Shown here piece after piece: positions 31,709 through 39,700 of a stretch of DNA of 41,232 nucleotides; the first letter of the stretch is position 1, and every line of letters begins with the position of its first letter. Made by a program: the position numbers and the translations under genes. Below the pieces are notes generated by a model that saw only the letters and a list, made by a program, of their open reading frames with translations, had not been told where the DNA came from and ran no database searches. This DNA comes from Candidatus Omnitrophota bacterium (lineage in GTDB: Bacteria > Omnitrophota > Gorgyraeia > Gygaellales > Profunditerraquicolaceae), in assembly GCA_016867095.1 (NCBI GenBank), contig VGKK01000001.1, forward strand, positions 1-41,232, in the 5' to 3' direction.

Positions 31709-33265
31709 CTATTTAGCGTATTCTATCGCTCTAGTTTCCCTGATTACTGTCACCTTAATCTGCCCGGGATACTCCATACCTTCTTCTATTTTTTTGCGGA
31801 TATCCCGCGCCATATTAATCGCCTCGCTGTCCGTAATCTTTTCGGGCTGCACAATAACCCGGATCTCGCGGCCGGCCTGGATGACAAAAGATTTTTCTAC
31901 GCCCTTAAAAACATTGGCGATGGACTCCAGTTTCTCCAGCCTCTTAATATAGGTCTCTAATGTTTCGCGCCTTGCCCCGGGCCTGGAGGCGCTGATGCCA
32001 TCCGCGGCCACGGCTAAAACCGCGTAGAGGCTCTGGGGCGCGGCCTCCTCGTGATGGGATTCTATCGCCTGCACCACTTCCTGCGGCTCGTTATATTTTC
32101 TGGCAAGGTCTGCCCCGATTTTAGCGTGCGTGCCTTCTACCTGGTGGTCAACCGCCTTGCCGATATCGTGCAGCAGGCCGACGCGCCGGGCCATACGAAA
32201 GTCCAGCCCTATCTCCGAAGCCAAGGCGCCCAAAATAAAAGAAACTTCCTTGGAATGCTGCAGGGCATTCTGGCCAAAGCTGGTGCGGTATCTCAACCGG
32301 CCAAGGAGCTTAATCAGCTCCGGATGCAAGCCGTTAACCCCGGCCTCAAAGGCGGCATGTTCGCCCTCTTCGCGGATTTTGTCTTCCATCTCCTTTTGGG
32401 TCTTCTCTACTATCTCTTCAATCCTTCCCGGATGGATTCTGCCGTCGGAAATAAGCTTTTCCAAACTGATACGCGCTATTTCCCGGCGCACAGTATCAAA
32501 ACTAGACAAGGTAACCGCCTCCGGCGTATCATCAATAATCACATCCACGCCGGTGGCCATTTCAAAGGCGCGGATATTCCTTCCTTCCCTGCCGATGACC
32601 CTGCCCTTCATCTCGTCGCCGGGCAAATTGACCACGCTCACCGTGGATTCTACCGTATGCTCCACCGCGCACTTCTGGATACTCAGGCTGACTATTTCCC
32701 TGGCCTTTTTCTCCGCCGCGCTGCGCATCTCTTCTTCCTGCCGCCTGATGAGCACCGCCTTTTCCATACTCAACTCCTCATTCAAACGGCTGAGTAAAAT
32801 CTGCTTTGCTTCTTCGGCGGACAAGGAAGCGATCTTCTGCAATCTTTCCTTCTCTTCGGCAATCAGGGCGTGGAGCTGATTATCCTTTGCCTTTATGGCA
32901 TCTTCCTGTTTTTTTACGTTATCCAGCTTTAGGCCGATTTCCTTTTCCTTTGCCTCTAAAAGGCCGAGCCGGCGGTCAATATTCTCTTCCTTCTGCGCCA
33001 GCCTTTTTTCTAAATTGGCAATTTCCTGGCGCCGGTCTTTGGTCTCGCGCTCAAAATCCTGGCGCATGCGGTAGAGCAGGTCTTTTGCCTCCAGCTCTAC
33101 TTCGCGCTTACGGTCCTGCGTCTGTTTTTTGGCCTCTTCTAAGATTTGCCTGGCCTTTTCTTCGGCATCCTGAATCTTTTTTTCCGCTATATATTTCCTT
33201 AATGCATAACCGGCATACACCGAGATTAACGCCACAACTATGGAAAATACAATTGTATTTAACAT
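31709..33265 (-). CDS. rny: ribonuclease Y
   Basis: 518 aa. Has an N-terminal TM helix, a coiled coil, a KH domain (GREGRNIRAFEMATGVDVIIDD) and an HD domain (LLHDIGKAVDHQVEGTHAKIG). Confidence 0.93.
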   Translation of the reverse strand: MLNTIVFSIVVALISVYAGYALRKYIAEKKIQDAEEKARQILEEAKKQTQDRKREVELEAKDLLYRMRQDFERETKDRRQEIANLEKRLAQKEENIDRRLGLLEAKEKEIGLKLDNVKKQEDAIKAKDNQLHALIAEEKERLQKIASLSAEEAKQILLSRLNEELSMEKAVLIRRQEEEMRSAAEKKAREIVSLSIQKCAVEHTVESTVSVVNLPGDEMKGRVIGREGRNIRAFEMATGVDVIIDDTPEAVTLSSFDTVRREIARISLEKLISDGRIHPGRIEEIVEKTQKEMEDKIREEGEHAAFEAGVNGLHPELIKLLGRLRYRTSFGQNALQHSKEVSFILGALASEIGLDFRMARRVGLLHDIGKAVDHQVEGTHAKIGADLARKYNEPQEVVQAIESHHEEAAPQSLYAVLAVAADGISASRPGARRETLETYIKRLEKLESIANVFKGVEKSFVIQAGREIRVIVQPEKITDSEAINMARDIRKKIEEGMEYPGQIKVTVIRETRAIEYAK

Positions 33266-33346
33266 CGCTTAAACGACCTCCTTCGATGAAATTGCTGGCG
33301 GTGAAAATTTGGACCGATAAATTACAGGTTAGGCCCTTATGTTTGA

Positions 33347-33961
33347 CTAGGCAAAGATGACTTTATTGACGCAGATATCTCTTTTGGTGGCGGGGATGCT
33401 CGGTAAGATTTGGAAATCAAATGCCAGGGCAACAGCCGGTATTCTCCGGGGTAACTTACGCAAAAAATAATCGTAGCAGCCTTTACCGCGGCCTAAACGG
33501 TTGCCTTTTTTATCAAAGGCGACTCCTGGCACAATCACAAGGCCTAAGTCCTCTAAATTAATCGTTTCTTTTATCGCGGGTTCGCATACCCCGTAAGGGC
33601 CTTTTTTAAGCCTGGCCCTCTCGGAGAATACGCAGGGCTTGATTGCTCTTTTTTTGCCGCAAACCGGAACCGCGACTATCTTACCTAATTTTAAAGCTTC
33701 CTCTATCATTCTTTTTGTGTTTACCTCGCCATCAAACGAGAGATAAAACATCACTGTCTTTGCCTTTTGAAAAAGTTGCGTCCGAAAAAGCTTATCCTTA
33801 ATTAACCCGCTTTTTCTTTCTCGTTCCTCCTCCTTCTGTGATTTTAACTTAAGTAAGAGTTTACTACGGATTTGCTGCTTTGTCAACCCCGTTACAATTT
33901 TTACCACACGGCTGGCATTCCCAAAATTGGCTATGATGTCAAATTTTGCCTTTGGTTTCAT
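33347..33961 (-). CDS. 5-formyltetrahydrofolate cyclo-ligase (MTHFS) with a ~45-aa N-terminal extension or a later true start
   Basis: 204 aa. Has VMFYLSFDGEVNT and IVPGVAFDKKGNRLGRGKGCYDYFL, the MTHFS signature. Confidence 0.8.
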   Translation of the reverse strand: MKPKAKFDIIANFGNASRVVKIVTGLTKQQIRSKLLLKLKSQKEEERERKSGLIKDKLFRTQLFQKAKTVMFYLSFDGEVNTKRMIEEALKLGKIVAVPVCGKKRAIKPCVFSERARLKKGPYGVCEPAIKETINLEDLGLVIVPGVAFDKKGNRLGRGKGCYDYFLRKLPRRIPAVALAFDFQILPSIPATKRDICVNKVIFA

Positions 33962-34009
33962 TTTAAGGGCTTTCTCAGAAATTGTAACGGGGTCAATGCC
34001 ACATAGATA

Positions 34010-34132
34010 GCACCGTTTGCTAATTCAATCTTGCAGCGTTTACGAATTTAATCTCGTAACTGTACCCTCTGCCTAGGTACACTTACAATCTTAAATTTAA
34101 AAACGTTACCCGATTGGGTTTGCAAACGGTGC
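34010..34132. repeat. structured spacer with nested inverted repeats between iscU and the MTHFS gene
   Basis: The outer pair is perfect and 11 bp long: GCACCGTTTGC (34010-34020) with GCAAACGGTGC (34122-34132). Both members are followed by TAATT. The inner pair is TGTACC (34061-34066) with GGTACA (34076-34081). GTAACG/CGTTAC words recur. Confidence 0.75.
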
Positions 34133-34141
34133 TAATTTAAT

Positions 34142-34630
34142 TTAATGTTCGTGGGCGTCGGCCTTGGGCTCTCCCGTCCCATGTTGATGATTCTCGGGCG
34201 GGATCCCGTCCGCGCCTGAAATATCTGGACGGGAAAAGGCGCTGGGGTCTTTGCCGATTTTCTTGTAGTAATCCGCTAAGGCTGCCCGAAGCGCCTGCTC
34301 GGCCAAAACCGAACAGTGCATTTTTATGGCCGGCAAGCCCCCTAAGGCCTCAGCTACCGCCTTATTGGAAATTTTCAGCGCCTCTTCAATGGTCTTGCCC
34401 TTGACCATTTCGGTAACCATTGAGCTGGTCGCAATAGCCGCGCCACACCCCATAGTTTTAAACTTAGCATCAACAATTATGTTATTCTCAACCTTAATAT
34501 ACATCTTCATAATGTCGCCACAGATAGCATTTCCAACAGTGCCTACGCCATTGGCATCGGGAATTTCTCCGACATTCTTCGGATGCATAAAATTTTCCAT
34601 CACTTTTTCGCTGTAATTTAAATCGCTCAT
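34142..34630 (-). CDS. iscU: Fe-S cluster scaffold, IscU/NifU N-terminal domain family
   Basis: 162 aa. Has the three scaffold Cys contexts NAICGDIMK, GCGAAIATSS and HCSVLA. The C-terminal tail is His/acid-rich. Confidence 0.85.
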   Translation of the reverse strand: MSDLNYSEKVMENFMHPKNVGEIPDANGVGTVGNAICGDIMKMYIKVENNIIVDAKFKTMGCGAAIATSSMVTEMVKGKTIEEALKISNKAVAEALGGLPAIKMHCSVLAEQALRAALADYYKKIGKDPSAFSRPDISGADGIPPENHQHGTGEPKADAHEH

Positions 34631-34650
34631 ATTAATGAGGAATCATTATG

Positions 34651-34848
34651 AAATCACCAATAACCAAGATACAATTACCAAACAAATTCTCCCGACAAAG
34701 TCGGGATCCCGCTAAATTTTAATTTTAGCGCGGGACAATATTCAATAACCAATCACCAAATAAAATCTCTAAGAACGCCGCGTTTGGCTATTGAGATTTG
34801 GTTATTGGTTATTGTTTGGTTATTGGAACTTGGAATTCGGTTATTTCG
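34651..34848. repeat. three-arm word-built element (word AATAACCAA / TTGGTTATT) upstream of iscU
   Basis: Two same-sense arms lie at 34651-34690 and 34736-34770, both ACCAA-rich. One complementary arm lies at 34792-34848 (GAGATTTGGTTATTGGTTATTGTTTGGTTATTGG...). Two small GC hairpins sit between the same-sense arms: CCCGAC-AAA-GTCGGG (34691-34705), and 34708-34734. Confidence 0.8.
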
Positions 34849-34852
34849 TGCT

Positions 34853-35515
34853 TTAGATTTTGTCATCTGTCATTACCATTTTATGTGGTTTTAGGCCTTT
34901 TTTATAGTCCTTCGGGCTTTGTACTTTTTTTAACGTATCCAGTTTTTTACGCTTTTCTAATTCCTGGTAAATTAACACCCAGGCGCAATCTTTGTCCTTA
35001 TCCACCTCGCACTTACCTTTATTCATCCCGCCGCAAGGGCCGTTTAATAATCCCTTGGCGCAAAGCGTAATCGGGCAAATGCCGCCGGTAACATCCAAGA
35101 CACATTCTCCGCAAAGAGAACATTTTTCATAAAAATTACCCTGGGCATCCATTACCGCGCCGAATAAGGTATTGCAGGCGGGTATGGCTACTAAGCCCAG
35201 CCGGTCATTATCCTTGACTGATTGCACTCCCAAGCCGCAGGCCAAAACTAAAATTGCCTCAGCTTCGCGCCAGGCCTTTGTATTCTTGGCTATTTCGGTC
35301 TTGATTTGGCTGGCCACGCAAGGCGCGGAAGGAATACACATCCCCACTACGGTTTTACCCTGCGCCTCTAACAGCGCTTTCATTTCGGCCAATTCCGGCT
35401 CTCCGCCGGTCTTAGCGGTAGCGGCGCACTCGCCGCAGCCGACCAGGAATATCTTAGTATAGCCTTTTAAGCTATCTATAATCTGCTGAATGGGTTTCTG
35501 CTCTGTGATAATCAT
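34853..35515 (-). CDS. MetV-like protein (methylenetetrahydrofolate reductase C-terminal-domain family)
   Basis: 220 aa. CSLCGECVLDVTGGICPITLCAKGLLNGPCGGMNKGKCEVDKDKDCAW is the MTHFR_C/MetV Cys pattern. Confidence 0.7.
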   Translation of the reverse strand: MIITEQKPIQQIIDSLKGYTKIFLVGCGECAATAKTGGEPELAEMKALLEAQGKTVVGMCIPSAPCVASQIKTEIAKNTKAWREAEAILVLACGLGVQSVKDNDRLGLVAIPACNTLFGAVMDAQGNFYEKCSLCGECVLDVTGGICPITLCAKGLLNGPCGGMNKGKCEVDKDKDCAWVLIYQELEKRKKLDTLKKVQSPKDYKKGLKPHKMVMTDDKI

Positions 35516-36080
35516 CTTAGTCTCTTTAAATATTTGAGATCTTCCGAATCCTTAGGCCGACCAGCCGCGCGTTTCATTTTTATAAGATCCTTTAAGGAAG
35601 CAAAGTAAACGAAAGTGCCGCCAAATTTTGCTCTTACTTTATTTTTCCACGCCTCCTCAAAGGTTATGCCTTTTACAAAAGGATGAATATCTGTCTCTAC
35701 CGCATACTGCCGAATGAGTAATTTCTTCTGAAGCAATTCTTCTATTTTAATATCGGCTACTAAATGCCTTTAAAGCTTGCCATGTCTTTTCGGCGTTGGC
35801 TATAGTTGGCCTAATAAAAATATCAATATCTAAAGTTGCGCGGGCATATCCATGAACTGGAAAAGCGGTCGCGCCAATAATTACGAAATCTACCCTATGT
35901 TCTTTTAATGATTTCAGAAGGTTTTCGGCGTCCATTTTTTCTTAATAGACCGGCCATTTCTTTTGATTTTTTAAACATCATCTCAAAGCGTTCTTTAAGC
36001 GAAAGCGATTGCAAAAATCTTAATTCAAACTCAATTTCTTTTGCCTGATTATGCCTGCTTAACTTTAGAATCATCGTCAT
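35512..36080 (-). pseudogene. minimal nucleotidyltransferase-fold (MNT/AbiEii-like) gene split over three reading frames
   Basis: Three ORFs, 35895..36080, 35747..35935 and 35512..35736, follow each other in frames 2, 1 and 0. The middle piece has VDFVIIGATAFPVHGYARATLDIDIFI (NTase G[SA]...DxD). The last piece ends with LKDLIKMKRAAGRPKDSEDLKYL. The first junction lies in an A6 run (plus-strand T6 at 35935-35940). Confidence 0.5.
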
Positions 36081-36215
36081 TTACTCCTACTTCCATTTTA
36101 CATAGATTTTTGGAAGTATCAAGGAAATTTAAGGCGGGATTAAAACAAAGGGGCGCCTCTGTATTTGGCCTTTTTTGGGCTGATAGACCGTGAAAGGCAG
36201 GACGCCCCTTTTATT

Positions 36216-36692
36216 AAATAACAAATTCCAAATCACAAATTACAAACAATATACAAATCCAAAATTACAATGACCGAAACTTCTCTATTGTGCCTTGCAA
36301 ATAATAGCGGTAAATATATTCCTCAACTCTTGCGATTCTTTAATAAACGTAATGATTTCCCCTGTGAAGCCTGATTGGCTTGCTTTAATAGTTCTAACCA
36401 ATAGCTGCTTTCCTTGCATTCCTTTCTTGTAATCTTCATTCTATGTATAAAATCCTTCTTGCTTAATGCCTCATTTGCCTCTCTGTAATTTGCGCCCACG
36501 GAACCGGAGGCATCTATTAGTTGGCCAATTAATCTTAAGTTAATCACGTCTTTTGGCAACTTACCGCATAACCTAATTATCCCTTTGGAAAATTCCAAAG
36601 TCCTTTCTTCTAAATTATATATTTTGCTTTGGTATTCGGTCATTTGGTATTGTAATTTGTTTGTAATTTGTATATTGTGTATTGTGATTTAA
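36216..36692. mobile_element. IVS-like cassette: ACAA/TTGT long inverted repeat with a four-helix-bundle gene as loop cargo
   Basis: The left arm (36216-36279) is ...CCAAATCACAAATTACAAACAATATACAAATCCAAAATTACAATGACCGAAA. The right arm (36635-36692) is TTCGGTCATTTGGTATTGTAATTTGTTTGTAATTTGTATATTGTGTATTGTGATTTAA. The inner ends are ATGACCGAA and TTCGGTCAT. The arms are homologous to the elements at 24044-24180 and 30608-30741. Calling it mobile is an inference. Confidence 0.6.
36323..36643 (-). CDS. four-helix-bundle protein (23S rRNA intervening-sequence protein family)
   Basis: 106 aa. LEERTLEFSKGIIRLCGKLP...QLIDASGSVGANYREANEALSKKDFIHRMKITRKECKESSYWLELL is the family signature. Its start codon ATGACCGAA is the inner end of the repeat arm. 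Confidence 0.85.
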   Translation of the reverse strand: MTEYQSKIYNLEERTLEFSKGIIRLCGKLPKDVINLRLIGQLIDASGSVGANYREANEALSKKDFIHRMKITRKECKESSYWLELLKQANQASQGKSLRLLKNRKS

Positions 36693-36746
36693 CCTCTACC
36701 ACTATAATAGACGTGGTTACCCATCAAATCTAACACCTATTTTTTA

Positions 36747-39700
36747 CTATTTTATCACCGCCGGTTCGCCGGGTAGAACATCTATCTTTTGCAGCGCAGC
36801 CGCAAATTCTGCGCTCGGTTTCTGCTCCAGCATCACCAGGATTTCTTTCAACGATTCATCGCTGCCGGTGCAGCGTTCCTCTTCCATGCGCATAATATCC
36901 GCAATACAGCCGAGCACCTTATCTATTTCCTTATCCGCGCAGCCGCCTGCCACGCAACCCTGCAAATACTCCTTTATCCTCTGCGGTGACGGGGTGATAT
37001 TCGCCGCCAGCATCCGCTCTATCTCCTGCCATTCTTTGGCTAATTCGGGATTGACTTCGCGCTGGAAAGTTAGAGGGCTAGAGGGCTGGATGGTACGCAA
37101 ACCGCCCATCGGCTGAATAGCAATGGGCATATTGCCGCTGAAATCGATACCGCCCTTGCCGGTATCTTTTTGTTCTGTTACTATAAAAGTATCACTTTTG
37201 CTATCTTGCCCTAATGACCCCCGGCTATCGAAATTGTTCGGTTTAATTCGGTTAAGTTCAGGATCTTTCGTGCCAGATCCGAACCTGATTGCTAAATCTC
37301 CAGATACATTAATGTACGCATCATAGCCAAGCTGGCGTAAACCCTCTGCCATTTTATCCGCATATGATGCAAACCGCTGACCCTGCATACGTGCACGGAC
37401 AGCTTTTAATTCCGCCGCAAAAGGGGTGTTTAATACAATGCTGGCGCCGTTCTCCCATAACTCAGTCCCTATGATGTCATACTGCACGTGCTCATCTATA
37501 GTAAACCCCAACTCTACAATTTCCAGCGATTGGCCTGTTTTTCTATAAATTACATATTCATGCCCGCCCACTGTATTATCATTTGTAGATAAAAACAGGT
37601 ATCCGTTTTCTTTTAAATGAACTTTCAACCTCTCTAACGCTAATCTTCTCTGCTCTGGCGGATAGTGCATAAGGACATTGCTAACCCTGATCAAGTCCGC
37701 CTGTTCTGCCAATCTTAAGCCGAACAAATCGCCTTTTACCGGCTCAATACCCGCCTCCGGCGCATAATGCTCTACCGGATGGAAAAATATGTAATTCATG
37801 TCCATATCAAGCCGACCTTCGCCGCCGCCTTTTTGCCACAATTCATCCCTTACCGCGTTTATTCTCCGGATCTGTTGAGGCGTTAAATCATCAAGGCCTT
37901 TCGATGCTTTATCATTGACGACGCCATAGAGGTTCCCATCGCCATCATAAAGCGCATAAAAACCTACGCTGAAATCGTCAAATGAATCATTGTTTATCCA
38001 TACCGCATACTCCGGCATTTGGTTATCTACGCCTATCATGCGGACATCAAGCCCGTTAGCCGCTAGCGTCTGGCGCAACCTGGCCGTAGTAATCCATGGT
38101 TCGTCCGCAGTATTAAAACCGGGTCCGATATCCACAACGGTTAATTTATCCGTCCTGCCTTTAAGTAATTCACCGATTCTGAGATTAGCCTTATCCAACC
38201 TCTCTACTCCAGTAGCTTGACGGGTGATTTTGCCGCCGGTAGGCTCCGCCTCCCCGGTGCCGCCGGCTTGCGGCTGCTGGGCAGCGGGGTTATCTTTATT
38301 GGTCCATCCCCAGCGCGCAAAGGCGCCGGGGTTGCGCCTCGTATAATCCGCATAAGCTGCCAAAACCTCTTCTCCAGTGGTAGCGGTCCCTTCCTTGGCC
38401 AGCTGCTGGGCATACTCGGCTAAACCGGGGCGGTCGCCGTATTTAGACTGTAATATTTTCAGGATTTGGGCGGCGGTTAAAGCTTCTTTTGTTTTAGTAG
38501 CTGCTACCGGTTTCCCGTTTTTATTTATACAATCTTCCACCATAGCCGCATAATCGCTCAAAAGCTGTTGGAAGGCAGGATGGAGCCTAGGATTATCCAT
38601 TTTTGTCTGATATAGCTTGTTTAAATGCGGATAAAGCTGGGGCCAAATCTCAATAGCAGCAGTGTCTTTTCGCCTATCATAATCTCCCCGCCAGATAGCC
38701 TCAAAAGCCGCAACAGGAATGCCAAATTCCTTTGCCTTATCCCTAATATCCCCCTTAAACATCCTGTATATCGCCGCTAAACCTCGGTTTTTGCTTGGGT
38801 CTGAATCTTCTTTTATGTATTCTATCAGCGCCGCGTTTAGCAATTTTATATTCCGAATAAGTTGATAGACTCCCTGGGCAAGTCTTGTTGAGCCATAAAT
38901 AAGCTCTTGATTGTCTAAATGGAAGATTTCACCTGCATCAGCCGGATCGTAATAGGGAAGCAGCAATCCCAGATAATCAGTTCTTTCTTTAGTCTTAGGC
39001 GCTTGCCCGTTTACCGGCTTAACCACGCCGCCGCCTGAGATGAGAACGCTGGATTGTTTGCCCATAAGCGAGATCACATCCCTAGGATACCCTTTTTCAT
39101 AAAATCTGCTGGCAAGCAGGGCAAATTCAATGTATTTGGCTTCCTCCGTAAGATTGCCGGCAAAGGCTAACTGTAGCTCAATTTCATATCTGGCGCGGTC
39201 AAACATGTTTGTTTCGCAAAGATAATAGAATAAATCTGTTTTGACTCTTTCAGAAATGGTGGAAGGAAATAGTATTTCGTGTTCCAAGGCCTCCACGCCT
39301 TTTAATAAGGCCCCTTCTCTACGCCATTCAAGGCCATAAATAGGCGCGGCCAGGTATCTAAGGGCCTGCTCATTTTTATCGGGCTCCTGCGTATTCGGCC
39401 TGCTATAGAGATGCACCTTAAAACCGACAGCGGGGCCAATAGAGGCAGCCTCAAGCGCGCTAATCTCCTTAATCTGTTTTTCTAAAAATCTTTCGTTAAC
39501 CTCTGCGTTCCTTAAGCCGTTTTCTGCTTTAGCCTTAAAAAGTATAAGTGCTACTGCCGCATCTGATATTTGCCTATCCATAGCCTGAGATTGCGCTCTT
39601 ATCCGCAATATCAAGTCTGCATCGGCTCTTAAACCAGGCATTACCATCTCCCAATAGGTTTTAAATTCCTGGTCAGTAAAGAGCTCTTTCACAGCGGGCA

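Noticed and set aside
32051-33360. Three long plus-strand ORFs (184-249 aa) opposite rny
   Set aside because: They are shadow ORFs in a stop-poor stretch. The rny reading (TM, KH, HD motifs) is unambiguous, and the antisense translations are Arg/Leu/Ser/Pro-rich nonsense.
36147-36212. Hairpin AAAGGGGCGCCT ... AGGACGCCCCTTTT as an intrinsic terminator after the four-helix-bundle cassette
   Set aside because: The stem is GC-rich with T-runs on both sides, but the loop is ~40 nt, far outside canonical terminator geometry. Noted but not called.
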